A stretch of 64,000 nucleotides of DNA from positions 1-64,000 of the IMG/VR virus record IMGVR_UViG_3300037504_000888; one strand, given 5' to 3'. Shown here piece by piece: positions 17,022 to 26,062 of this stretch; positions within the stretch are counted from its first letter, which is position 1; the number at the start of each line of letters is the position of its first letter. Below the pieces are notes generated by a model. It searched no databases. It worked only from the letters and a program-made list of their open reading frames with translations, and had not been told where the DNA came from. Both the position numbers and the translations under genes were made by a program. This DNA comes from a virus.

Positions 17022-18148
17022 GTCCCTGGCTCCCTGATGGCGACGCCAACGGGGTGAAATGGCACCCCGTCCGGCGTGTAGTTGAAGTAGCGAACGGTGA
17101 GCATCTTTCCGACGCTCTCGTTGGCAGTGCGGAGCATCTCGAGGCGCTCGGCCTCGTTGCCCATTGGCGTGACCTCGAAGGTGCGCTCTCCGCAGACACA
17201 CTCGAAGATGGGGACGTTGGCGAACTTCCCCTTGCCCGTCTTCCAGCCCACGATGAGGAACTCGTCGTCCTGGAACGCCTTGTACTTCAGCAGGTCTGAG
17301 CTGCGGTAGCCGAACTTGTAGACGCCGCCGAGGCTGCGGTAGATGGCGCCCTCGTAGCCCTCAGCGACGAAGTCGTTATGAAACTGCTCGAGTTCGATGT
17401 GCTCGTTGACCACGTGCGTCTCGACCAGCGATATCGACCGCAGCTCCCTGAAGTGGAACAAGGAGCTGGTGAAGAAGTGCTGGAGCGTCTCGAAGCGCTT
17501 GCTCCACGGCATCTCCGGTTCGTCTTCCATGTAGACGTCGTAGACGTGGTACTCGACGTTGATCGACGCCTCCTGCGGGCGCCGGACCCAGGAGCTGATG
17601 GTCTGGAGCGCGGTGCCATGGTGGTAGAGCTCGCCGTCGAGGATGTACCCCGGCGGGAGAGCCAGTCGCAGCTCTCCTTGGATGTGATGAACGACGTAGG
17701 GGTCGCCACCACGGGACAGCAGGTGTGCTTGGCCATCCTTCAGGAAGGCGAGGCAGCGCACGCCGTCCAGCTTCGGTTGGACGTGGGCAGGGTAGGTGGG
17801 CGCCTTCTTCTGCTTCTTGTAGTCCTTCGCAAGCATCGGCTTGAGGTTGCGATTCTCCTCCCAGTGGTTCGGGTCAACGTGGTACTTCTTCTTGACCTGC
17901 TTCTTCCACTTGCTGATGGCTTCCTTGATGGCCTGCTCGGAGTCGCTCGTCTCGTTGGAACGACCCTTGTTCTTGCCCTCGCACTCGAAGGCGGCGTGCT
18001 GCAGCTGCCCGCCGACCTGCCCCCACTCGACGTGGACCTGAGAGCCCTCGGCCCAGCAGGTCCACTGAGTGATGGCGCCAGTGACCGACTTGGCGTAGAG
18101 GGTCGGCATCTTGTCTAGCCCGTTGTAGCTGTCTGGGTCGTAGTTCAC
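17018..18148 (-). CDS. ATP-dependent DNA ligase
   Basis: Motif I QPKLDGVRC; LDGELY; YHVYDV; EGAIYR; LLKYK; C-terminal OB domain. Confidence 0.95.
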   Translation of the reverse strand: MNYDPDSYNGLDKMPTLYAKSVTGAITQWTCWAEGSQVHVEWGQVGGQLQHAAFECEGKNKGRSNETSDSEQAIKEAISKWKKQVKKKYHVDPNHWEENRNLKPMLAKDYKKQKKAPTYPAHVQPKLDGVRCLAFLKDGQAHLLSRGGDPYVVHHIQGELRLALPPGYILDGELYHHGTALQTISSWVRRPQEASINVEYHVYDVYMEDEPEMPWSKRFETLQHFFTSSLFHFRELRSISLVETHVVNEHIELEQFHNDFVAEGYEGAIYRSLGGVYKFGYRSSDLLKYKAFQDDEFLIVGWKTGKGKFANVPIFECVCGERTFEVTPMGNEAERLEMLRTANESVGKMLTVRYFNYTPDGVPFHPVGVAIREPGT

Positions 18149-18789
18149 TTCACCTCTCCCAGGCGCCCAAAAGCGCGCCTGAATTCACGGAGGCAGTGGG
18201 CCTTCCGTCTCAGTTGTTGTGCCGGCGGCAGCCAGACAATTACGTTGGCATGTGTGGGCGAGGTACCGGGGACGACGGTGTCGTCCTCGATCTTGTTGAA
18301 GGGGATTCGGTCCCTAGGGACGCAGATGTACGTTTCCATGGGCACCACTTCACTCGGGAACATCTTGGCCCGGTACATCTGGGTGCGTTGCAGCAACTCG
18401 ATGCTGAACCCGATGAAGACAGCTTGCTGCACGGAGCCAGCGCCCCACAACTCGGCGAGGCGGAACCACCAGAGGCACATGGCGCTGTAGTGCTCCTCCG
18501 CCCTCTCTTCGGTGTCGGGGTAGATGAAGCCTTTGTTCTTCACCTTTACGACGCGTTTGCCGTTGCCGTCGCAGTAGCCCCCGGGCGGGTTGAGGAAGAC
18601 GCGCCCCTTCCAGGTCTTCGTGAAGCCGTTCTGGGCCTCGGTGTAGAACTTCTTGGCCCGGACCGCCTCGTTGAATAGCGCGCTCGAGGCGGGGTCCAGG
18701 TCGATATCACCCATCAGAAGCTTGGAACAGAGAGCAATCTCTCGTGGGGTACCATGCTCGGCCGTCTCCGAGCTGTGCTGAGCGATCAC
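18145..18789 (-). CDS. Phage DNA N6-adenine methyltransferase (Dam-like)
   Basis: TP..IDLDPAS, NGFTKTW, VFLNPPG; GTGA-coupled start. Confidence 0.85.
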   Translation of the reverse strand: MIAQHSSETAEHGTPREIALCSKLLMGDIDLDPASSALFNEAVRAKKFYTEAQNGFTKTWKGRVFLNPPGGYCDGNGKRVVKVKNKGFIYPDTEERAEEHYSAMCLWWFRLAELWGAGSVQQAVFIGFSIELLQRTQMYRAKMFPSEVVPMETYICVPRDRIPFNKIEDDTVVPGTSPTHANVIVWLPPAQQLRRKAHCLREFRRAFGRLGEVK

Positions 18790-19094
18790 TTCAACCCTTC
18801 CTTTGCCATCTTCTGAAGCCACTTCAGGTCTCGGTCACTAGCAGCCTTGAGGATGCTTTTGAGAGCTTTCATCATGCGCTCTCTACGGACCTCTTCATCG
18901 GACTCGATGACAACCTCACCAGACTCATCTAAGACCTTCGTGTCGTAGATATCGCCTACCTCAATCTCCTTGGAGCACTGGTAGCAGATAGATGAGCCGA
19001 GTTGAGCCTGCTCCCTTGCCTCCTCCGGTGAGTCTGCTTCTACGTCCTCATAAACGGTAGCATCAACCATACCCATCACGGTGTACTTGGCCAT
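18786..19094 (-). CDS. Hypothetical protein
   Basis: VEADSPEEA and CYQC; AAGGA RBS. Confidence 0.65.
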   Translation of the reverse strand: MAKYTVMGMVDATVYEDVEADSPEEAREQAQLGSSICYQCSKEIEVGDIYDTKVLDESGEVVIESDEEVRRERMMKALKSILKAASDRDLKWLQKMAKEGLK

Positions 19095-19408
19095 TGTTGT
19101 CCTTTCATCGTCGCAACCAGTTCCTTGACGCTCGACTTGCGGAACCAGTTTCCAGTTGCCTCGTCCATCGCCACCAACTCTCCGTTGTGAAGCACGCTTA
19201 CGGACCATGATCCGTGCTCGCTGAGCCACTGAAGCATCTCGCGCTGCGCTTCTAGTTGTTGCTGAAGCTTGGCGTGGTCTCGCACGAGTGCATGAAGGGC
19301 ACGCTGCCTGTCGAGCTGCCACCACGATGCGCCGGCTCGCTCGACCATGATTGAGCCGTCAGTCTGAATGGTGAACGTCGTGTCGCCAGCTGTGGTGCAA
19401 TCAGTCAT
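19076..19408 (-). CDS. Hypothetical protein
   Basis: GGAGG RBS before MTDCTT. Confidence 0.5.
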   Translation of the reverse strand: MTDCTTAGDTTFTIQTDGSIMVERAGASWWQLDRQRALHALVRDHAKLQQQLEAQREMLQWLSEHGSWSVSVLHNGELVAMDEATGNWFRKSSVKELVATMKGQQWPSTP

Positions 19409-19703
19409 CCTCGCCTCCCCTTGCCAGCGCTTCCCGCAACCGCGCATTTTCGGCCGCAACCCGATGGGTCCCCTCAAAACGCTTTTGCAGCCGCGCCAAC
19501 TCTTCAGCTTGCCACTTTCGTTTGGCGCCGTTGGCTGCCGCCTCGTTCTTGAGGCGGACGATTGCGACCCGCGCCTCGTCAAGCTCACGCTCCAGCTCGG
19601 CAACGCGGTCGGCAAGCTCTTCAACGTCCACTTCGTCTCGAAGGGTGGCGCGAATATTCTCGCTCAGCTTGCGGTCAGTAATCGCTTGTCTCTTCGACTT
19701 CAT
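19401..19703 (-). CDS. Coiled-coil hypothetical protein
   Basis: ATGA coupling. Confidence 0.6.
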   Translation of the reverse strand: MKSKRQAITDRKLSENIRATLRDEVDVEELADRVAELERELDEARVAIVRLKNEAAANGAKRKWQAEELARLQKRFEGTHRVAAENARLREALARGGEDD

Positions 19704-20173
19704 CGATGTCCATCCCAGTTTGATTCCTTCGCGTAGGGCACACGCTCAACAACCTCCTCGGAGTACTCCTTACCGCACCCCGAGCAGGGTTTGTCCTTGG
19801 GCCTTCGCCAGCTCATGTCGTAGCAGTGGGTGCATGCGCACCGTCCAGGCGAGGGCGACTTTATCTTTGCTCGGCGGTTGTCGTGGAACTTGCAGAGCCG
19901 CTGATAGCGGCGTCCGCTCTTGTAGAACTCCTCGACGGGTAGCTCCTTGTCGCACTCGGGGCAGTACCGAGTGGTCTTGGCAGCCTTCCGCTTGTCCTTG
20001 GGTCTGGGCGTCGTCTTGGGTGGAGGCTTCACTTCAACCGGCGGCTCTTCCGGTACATCCTCATCCCATTTACAGGTCCCATCGACCCAGTTCGTTCCGT
20101 AGTGCGGCCCTTCGTGTCCTCTCGGTCGAACACAATGGACGTCACCCTTCTTGGCAGGACAGTGGTTCATCAC
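19700..20173 (-). CDS. Multi-Zn-finger hypothetical protein
   Basis: C..C..GHEGPH, CPEC..F..C, CTHC..CSGC. Confidence 0.65.
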   Translation of the reverse strand: MMNHCPAKKGDVHCVRPRGHEGPHYGTNWVDGTCKWDEDVPEEPPVEVKPPPKTTPRPKDKRKAAKTTRYCPECDKELPVEEFYKSGRRYQRLCKFHDNRRAKIKSPSPGRCACTHCYDMSWRRPKDKPCSGCGKEYSEEVVERVPYAKESNWDGHR

Positions 20174-20547
20174 ACCCTCATTGCGAAGTAGAGCTTCTCG
20201 CCTGTGAGCAACTCCTTGATGCCATCGACGAGCGCGTCTTCCCACTTGCCGTAGGGCTCATCAGGGTCTCTGAGCTTCACCAGATTGAACGGCTCCCCGA
20301 CCGTCGGCTCCTTGATGTCGCACAGGTAGCGCTTGGGGCTGAACGTGTCCAGTTTGATGTAGAGCTCGGCTGTGACGTGCCTGATGACGGGCTCGACGAG
20401 CTCGTCGGGCACGGGGGTGTTGTGACTCATGAGCTCGTCCATGGTGGCCTGAACGTGCTCCTTGTCCCACCAGACGTCGACCAGGTTGGCAACCCGGTCG
20501 ACCCTGATGAGATTCTTTCGGTTCTTGCGCTTCTCCTTAGACATCAC
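20170..20547 (-). CDS. Hypothetical protein
   Basis: AAGGAG RBS; GTGA coupling. Confidence 0.6.
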   Translation of the reverse strand: MMSKEKRKNRKNLIRVDRVANLVDVWWDKEHVQATMDELMSHNTPVPDELVEPVIRHVTAELYIKLDTFSPKRYLCDIKEPTVGEPFNLVKLRDPDEPYGKWEDALVDGIKELLTGEKLYFAMRV

Positions 20548-20747
20548 TTCTCCTTGAGCGGGTGCACAGAGCGCCGCAGCTCTCGTACTCGCTGATACCA
20601 GCGTTGGCACTCCTCAATTTCCTCGCTCACCATGTCGTGGCAGTCATTGTCGAGCCGCGATTCCATCTCAATCTCCAGCTCGGTCAGTGCTTGAAACGCG
20701 TCCCTCAAACGAGGGGGCCTGCCTCGGCCCTGCTTGGGGTCAGCCAT
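20544..20747 (-). CDS. Hypothetical protein
   Basis: TGATG coupling. Confidence 0.55.
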   Translation of the reverse strand: MADPKQGRGRPPRLRDAFQALTELEIEMESRLDNDCHDMVSEEIEECQRWYQRVRELRRSVHPLKEK

Positions 20748-21340
20748 CAGTCTTCGCCCCAAATGAATGAAATGGCGTCCTCCCAGTTCATCTCTTCTAC
20801 GCCGTGCTTTTCAACTATCCTCTTGAGCTTCTTGAACACGCCGAACACCTTCTTCTGGTACTTGACCAGCTCAGGCTTGAACACCTTCGCGAGGGTTTCA
20901 TCACGAGAGCAAGCGGAGCCGTCACCCACGACAACGCTCACCCCAATCTCGGAGGGGTTCTCTGCCTCGGCAGTATCGTGATCCCAAAAGATGAGCACAG
21001 GCAGTTTCACGGTCTTGCTCATCTTCAGGACCTTGAGCTCTTTCTGAAGACCAGCCTTTCTGACTGCGTTCACGAACGCATTGAGCTTTTTCTCTTCCTC
21101 CTTCCGAGCCTGCGCTTCCTCCTCCCGCATGAAGTTGCGGACAGTCCGCCCCAGCTCGTCCAGCTCCGAGTAGGGCAGCTTGGCTACTTGCTTCTTGATG
21201 CCCTCTAGGTTACTCATGGTCTTGCGCTCCTGTTCAGCGATGACGCGGTCGGCGGCGCAGCGTTTGTTGAGCTTTTCGATATGCCGTTCCAACTCGGCAA
21301 CGCGGTCCTTTAGGGCTTCGATGGTGGTGTTGTCACTCAC
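20747..21340 (-). CDS. Hypothetical protein
   Basis: Coupled ORF with coiled-coil N-terminus. Confidence 0.65.
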   Translation of the reverse strand: MSDNTTIEALKDRVAELERHIEKLNKRCAADRVIAEQERKTMSNLEGIKKQVAKLPYSELDELGRTVRNFMREEEAQARKEEEKKLNAFVNAVRKAGLQKELKVLKMSKTVKLPVLIFWDHDTAEAENPSEIGVSVVVGDGSACSRDETLAKVFKPELVKYQKKVFGVFKKLKRIVEKHGVEEMNWEDAISFIWGED

Positions 21341-21621
21341 GGCTTATTCCTCGCTCGTTCTTCTTCTGTGAGCTCTTCGTCGGGCAGTACGTACTCGGCG
21401 GGCACGCCCAACCCCTTGACGACGTCCCGGCGGAACTTCGTTGGCGGAGACATAGCGAAGAGTACCTTCTGAACGTACTTCAAAAACTCCTCGCCCAACC
21501 TCTTCTCGACGAGGAACCTGCCAAAGATGAGAGATTGAGAAGAGGGCCCGAAGCCCTCTTTGTCCATGAGGGTGGACGCCTCTCGAACCTTACTCCTCTC
21601 TTGCTCCTCGACGTTCTTCAC
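21337..21621 (-). CDS. Hypothetical protein
   Basis: GTGA coupling; GGAG RBS. Confidence 0.6.
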   Translation of the reverse strand: MKNVEEQERSKVREASTLMDKEGFGPSSQSLIFGRFLVEKRLGEEFLKYVQKVLFAMSPPTKFRRDVVKGLGVPAEYVLPDEELTEEERARNKP

Positions 21622-21860
21622 TTCTTCTCCTCCTCAACGCCCCTAACACCGTGGTTGATGTCGTACTCGGCCTTCGCAGCACTGGGCAGGTGATGGGCAA
21701 GCTCGCCCAAGTCCTCCTTCTCCCCGTGTATGAGGGTAATGGTGGTGAGACAGCGCCCGTCGTCCAACCGCTGCTCGTTGAATCGCCACAACCCTGTGGG
21801 GGCCTCGAGGGTCAGCGTCTTGGAATTAGGGTTCTCGGGGGTCTCAAACGTCAGTTTCAT
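21618..21860 (-). CDS. Hypothetical protein
   Basis: GGAGGAG RBS. Confidence 0.6.
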   Translation of the reverse strand: MKLTFETPENPNSKTLTLEAPTGLWRFNEQRLDDGRCLTTITLIHGEKEDLGELAHHLPSAAKAEYDINHGVRGVEEEKK

Positions 21861-22161
21861 CTTTCTCCTCCGGTTCTAGTAGGTTCCACACCTGCCCATC
21901 GTTGGTGATGAACTGTGCGCCCCAGATGTGCCCGTAGCTCTCGCTGCGGTACAGGTGGGGTCCTTCGTGCCCTGCGGGCTTCTGGCACTGCAGCTTGTCG
22001 TCCCATAGAGCAGGGCACTGAGCAGGCGGCGCATGGCCAGGCTTCGGATACCCTTCATGAGGCGTTGTGAGGCTCATGCCGTGCTTCTCTCGGAAGCACT
22101 CGCCTTCACCACATTCATGGTGACAGGCGCCGCCATCGTGAGGGCACCGCCGGTCACTCAT
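21844..22161 (-). CDS. Cys/His-rich hypothetical protein
   Basis: CPHDGGACHHEC; C..C..GHEGPH. Confidence 0.6.
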   Translation of the reverse strand: MSDRRCPHDGGACHHECGEGECFREKHGMSLTTPHEGYPKPGHAPPAQCPALWDDKLQCQKPAGHEGPHLYRSESYGHIWGAQFITNDGQVWNLLEPEEKDETDV

Positions 22162-22343
22162 GTCTTCTCCTCCTCGAACTGCTGCGGGGGCACGAGCTTT
22201 CGCTCCATGCTCTTCTCCCGTTGCCGCTGGTGGTAGTCCAGCATCGCCTTGTTCACCTCCTCGGCGCACAGCGGGCAGTACGACTTTCCCTCATGCACGA
22301 CGGTGAAGTCCTGCTCGCCGTGCTTGCTGCAGGTGGTTTTCAT
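22158..22343 (-). CDS. Small Zn-ribbon protein
   Basis: CSKH..CPLC; ATGA overlaps. Confidence 0.6.
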   Translation of the reverse strand: MKTTCSKHGEQDFTVVHEGKSYCPLCAEEVNKAMLDYHQRQREKSMERKLVPPQQFEEEKT

Positions 22344-22504
22344 CGCTTCTCCTTCGGCGCGTACGCGCCTTTCATGTTGAGGAAGTCGCAGTGCTCTTTC
22401 CAGCACTGCGGGTGGAAGAAGTGGAGGAGGTTGGCAGCATCCCTGCTGCGCCTCATCTCCTCCTCTTCCCCCTTCTTGCCACACCAGGTGCATTCACGCT
22501 TCAT
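22340..22504 (-). CDS. Small Zn-binding protein
   Basis: CTWC..HPQC; ATGA overlaps. Confidence 0.55.
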   Translation of the reverse strand: MKRECTWCGKKGEEEEMRRSRDAANLLHFFHPQCWKEHCDFLNMKGAYAPKEKR

Positions 22505-22737
22505 AGCTTGCACCAAACCCACCCAGCGAACTCACCTTCTTTGAAGACCGGCGCCACCTGCGGGGTCCCACGCTTGGATGCACCTCCGAGCCGTTGCAAC
22601 AGACGGTCTACGTCCATCTGCAGGTTTTCAGGCATCACTACGTGGTGCTTGTACAGCTTTAGCAGCGCCTCCTTCTCGTCGTCGTCCAGGGCGTTGAGTC
22701 GCCGAACCAGTTCTTCGCCAAACTCGTCGTTGGTCAT
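22501..22737 (-). CDS. Hypothetical protein
   Basis: AAGGAG RBS; coupled. Confidence 0.55.
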   Translation of the reverse strand: MTNDEFGEELVRRLNALDDDEKEALLKLYKHHVVMPENLQMDVDRLLQRLGGASKRGTPQVAPVFKEGEFAGWVWCKL

Positions 22738-23030
22738 GGCTTCTCCTTCTTGTATTGGTAAGGCACGTTGAGGAACTTGGCTTCAGGCACAGGCGTACCG
22801 TCTACCCAGGTGATTTGATGAGGCTCGAGCACATCCTCATGCCCCATCTGGAAGATGTACCGGCTCATCTTGTTCCTGTGTTCTTCCTCGGTCGAGCAAC
22901 AGGTCCAGACGCCGCAATTGGGGCACAGGTATTAGTGGTTGAACTCCTGCACCCCGACGCCGATATCCACCGACTCGCAGTCGAACAACGGCGAGGGCTT
23001 GCCGCAGCGGAGGCACTTCGGGTCACTCAT
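22734..23030 (-). pseudogene. Zn-ribbon gene interrupted by an in-frame TAA
   Basis: MSDPKCLRC...VDIGVGVQEFNH*YLCPNCG...; ATGA-coupled at both ends; TAA at 22932-22934. Confidence 0.7.
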
Positions 23031-24262
23031 CCAGTACCCCCAATGCCAGCACCCTCAATCTTGGCGAGCAATTCATCTATGATGTTTGCCGGGAAGAGTC
23101 CTCCGACCATCGACTTGAGTTGGGTGCGTAGGTCACGCACTACCTGTAGCTTCTCCTGTAGCAAGTCCACTGCGACCTTCTCGGCGTTCCGCGCCCTTGC
23201 GAGGTCCACGTGAAGCCACTTCACGTTCTCCCTGGAGCCTTCGAGCTGCTTCACCAACCAAGCAACACGCTGATCCAGCATTCCATCTTCGGCGTCGTCG
23301 CCAGCTCCTGCCTCCGTTAGGATCTTGTTTGAAGCGTCAACGACCTGCTGCAATGCCTGAAACTTATCCAGTGCATCATCCAGCTCAGACTGTCTTTTCG
23401 TGATCTGGTACTGCGTCTCACACTGGTGTGCGAAGAGGCGATCACTCTCCTTCTTCAGCTTCTCATGCGCATGCTCCAGGGACTGCTTTAGCGAGTTCTC
23501 TGTCGACTTAGCGCGCACAAGCTCCCTCTTTGCAGTCTGCCAATCCGCACCGAGCTGCCGAATCTCCTCCACCAGAGTACCGGACCGAACGGTCCAACTA
23601 GGCAGCGCCTTGTACGCCTCGGACAGCAGCGCCTCGGCGTCGTTCAACCGCTTGTTTGCGTCGTCAAGCTGGCGTTGAAGTTCGAGCACGTCTCGGGGTG
23701 GGCAGTTGTACTGAGCGTCCTTCTCTGCCTCATCGAGATTCACGCTCTGCGTTTCCGTTGCCTGTTCTTCAATCTGTGTGGCAACGGCTCTCCACCCCCC
23801 GCTATCTGGCGGGTTGTCCTTGCTCTCCCCCTTCTCGGACGTCATGTCAGTGGGACTGGGCGGCATGGGTTGTTTCCCCGCAAGCGCTTCTTCGAGCGCC
23901 TTCGCAATTTCATTGTCGCGGTCGCTCCCGTTGCCGAGCTTGATGTCGCAAAGGTCGCTCTTTAGCTGCCCAATGGCCTGCACCAACCGGTCCCGGTCGG
24001 CGGCTGCGTTCTCCGCGTTGAGCTTCCAGAGAGAATGGTGCGCAGTACGGAAATGCACGTAGTCGCTGTTGTTACACAACTCGTGGCAGTCATCAGGTGC
24101 CCCCGCCCCCTCCTCGTGCTGCTCATTGAGGTAGCGCGTGATGGCCTCCACGCGCGTAGAGTCTAGGTTCTTGTAGTTGTGCAGCTCCCCGAGCGGGGCG
24201 TCGCCCAGATGCTCCATGGCAATCTCCCTAGAGAGTTGCTCGATTCGTTCACTTGGTTTCAC
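23027..24262 (-). CDS. Long coiled-coil hypothetical protein
   Basis: Heptad-rich 411-aa ORF; GTGA coupling. Confidence 0.7.
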   Translation of the reverse strand: MKPSERIEQLSREIAMEHLGDAPLGELHNYKNLDSTRVEAITRYLNEQHEEGAGAPDDCHELCNNSDYVHFRTAHHSLWKLNAENAAADRDRLVQAIGQLKSDLCDIKLGNGSDRDNEIAKALEEALAGKQPMPPSPTDMTSEKGESKDNPPDSGGWRAVATQIEEQATETQSVNLDEAEKDAQYNCPPRDVLELQRQLDDANKRLNDAEALLSEAYKALPSWTVRSGTLVEEIRQLGADWQTAKRELVRAKSTENSLKQSLEHAHEKLKKESDRLFAHQCETQYQITKRQSELDDALDKFQALQQVVDASNKILTEAGAGDDAEDGMLDQRVAWLVKQLEGSRENVKWLHVDLARARNAEKVAVDLLQEKLQVVRDLRTQLKSMVGGLFPANIIDELLAKIEGAGIGGTG

Positions 24263-24591
24263 CTGTCTTTTTCCCTCCCCATCGTGGAGTGGAAGTACAG
24301 CAGGGCGCCCTCGTCGTCGTAGACGCCAGCGATATAGCCAAAGTCGTTGTCTCGAACGCCACAGATGCCGTTCAGGATGCCTAGAAGCCCTACGCCCTCG
24401 TCGGTTGCCTGAATAGTCGGGTGACGCTCTGCCAGCTCACCATCGACGGGAATACGTCGCTCGCACAGTGCGTGAAGAAGCTCCCTGACTCTTCCATCCA
24501 GGAAGTCGTGTTCAATCAGTTCGTTGAGGCGTAGCACCAGCTCCTGTGCCAGCTCTTGGTCCTTGATTCGTTCACTTGGCTTCTTTGCCAT
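24259..24591 (-). CDS. Hypothetical protein
   Basis: HPTIQ...VGLLGILNG motif. Confidence 0.7.
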   Translation of the reverse strand: MAKKPSERIKDQELAQELVLRLNELIEHDFLDGRVRELLHALCERRIPVDGELAERHPTIQATDEGVGLLGILNGICGVRDNDFGYIAGVYDDEGALLYFHSTMGREKDR

Positions 24592-24884
24592 CAGCCCTCC
24601 TCTTCTGACTTGCTGTCATCACGAAGCTGGTTGAGCGTCTTGAGGCCCATCATCCAGAGCACACCCTGGATAAAGCCGAGCCACCTCATGGCTTTCTCTA
24701 TACGACCCTCGGCAACGAAGTCAGCGGCCTGCTCGCACATCCACGCCAGGTGGAGTTGCACGTCAAACGGGTTAATGTTTTGCACGTAAGGTAGGTCGTA
24801 CTGTTCGCCTTCCAGTTTTTTTGCAGGGCACCGCCACAGTCTCCGGTATCCAGATAGAACGCTCACTAGTTTCTCAGGTGTCAT
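24591..24884 (-). CDS. Hypothetical protein
   Basis: HLAWMC..KAMRWLGFIQGVL, a motif typical of small phage proteins. Confidence 0.7.
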   Translation of the reverse strand: MTPEKLVSVLSGYRRLWRCPAKKLEGEQYDLPYVQNINPFDVQLHLAWMCEQAADFVAEGRIEKAMRWLGFIQGVLWMMGLKTLNQLRDDSKSEEEG

Positions 24885-25659
24885 TACGCTGTCTCTTTCT
24901 CATGACGAGCTCGAAGTGCATGCCGTCAGGGCGGTTCCAGTGGCCACCCCACCAGAAGCCGAAGTCGTTGGCGCTTTGGACGAGTGGAATGACAGTGCCA
25001 TGATCGTCACTGGGGGCTGGGTGCCGACCTAGACCATTACATTCAGCATTGATGTCGAAGGCTGTGCCCCAAGCATGAGAGCTGAGGACGCCAGGTGCTC
25101 GCCGCACGTAGCGGGGCACCCAGGAGCCTGCCCAGCTCTTGACGTAGTGCATCAGGTCATTGTCCTCCCAGTACTGGAAGAGTGCCTTCATCGGCTCGAC
25201 GGCGAGCTTGTTGACGAAGATATTCCTGCTGTAGGGCGCCCCAACAATACCTACGAGTTGAGGAATGTGCACCCTGGACAGATATTCCCTCTGCCAGTTG
25301 TTCGTGATCCGTATGGCCTCGGGATTGTTGCGCGTAGGAGCCGCTTTGGACTCAATGCGGCCGAACCTCTTGTGCTTCTGAGCTACGCTCAGTGGTTTGA
25401 AGTCAGGCTTATCTGGGGTCACCCAGCGAGAGCCGGCGATGGCGAGGTCTTGAGCCATGGCGGCACCCCAGAGCGCGTCGTCTACGATGCCATCTTGCGG
25501 CAATCGTTGTATGGCCTCGTACTCCTTCGTGGCGTTGTGTGTTTTCGGGCCGTAGTCGCAATCGATGCGCCCCTTGTACAAGCCCTCTCCGTGCAGGAAC
25601 TCCTGCCATAGACCGACAAGCGGGCCCTTGTCGCCCCTCTTCAGAATGGTCAGCTGCAT
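24874..25659 (-). CDS. Peptidoglycan-binding domain plus M15-family peptidase (endolysin-like)
   Basis: LKRGDKG..DCDYGPKT; SSHAWGTAFDIN; WGGHW..DGMHFE. Confidence 0.92.
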   Translation of the reverse strand: MQLTILKRGDKGPLVGLWQEFLHGEGLYKGRIDCDYGPKTHNATKEYEAIQRLPQDGIVDDALWGAAMAQDLAIAGSRWVTPDKPDFKPLSVAQKHKRFGRIESKAAPTRNNPEAIRITNNWQREYLSRVHIPQLVGIVGAPYSRNIFVNKLAVEPMKALFQYWEDNDLMHYVKSWAGSWVPRYVRRAPGVLSSHAWGTAFDINAECNGLGRHPAPSDDHGTVIPLVQSANDFGFWWGGHWNRPDGMHFELVMRKRQRNDT

Positions 25660-25726
25660 GCTCTTCTCCTTGTGCTAGTTCCAGGGAACCACTGCTGTTA
25701 TGCCCGCTATAGTGTAGACTTTCGTC

Positions 25727-26062
25727 GTGGCCTCGAAAGAGCAGAAAGCGCAAGAGCGGCAGCAGCAACGCGACAACATCAAGCTGCGGGAAGCACTGAA
25801 CAAGAGCTACGCCGTACTTGAGGCTGAGAAGTACACCCAGACGGCTTTGGCCTTCACCTTCGAGGAGGCCGTCACCCAACAGCTACAGCGCCTCGAGCAA
25901 TCTGGCTCTCGCATCCGCCCCTCGCCTCTAGAGCGAGTGGAGAAGATCGAGAAAGAGCTGCTACAAGCAGTGGAGACCATCACCGCCATCCCACCCGAGG
26001 AGTTCATCAGACAGATTCGGGGGCGGGACGTGAACACTGAGGAAGACGATGAATCTAAGTGA
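25727..26062 (+). CDS. Hypothetical protein
   Basis: Leaderless promoter geometry upstream; helical. Confidence 0.65.
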   Translation: MASKEQKAQERQQQRDNIKLREALNKSYAVLEAEKYTQTALAFTFEEAVTQQLQRLEQSGSRIRPSPLERVEKIEKELLQAVETITAIPPEEFIRQIRGRDVNTEEDDESK

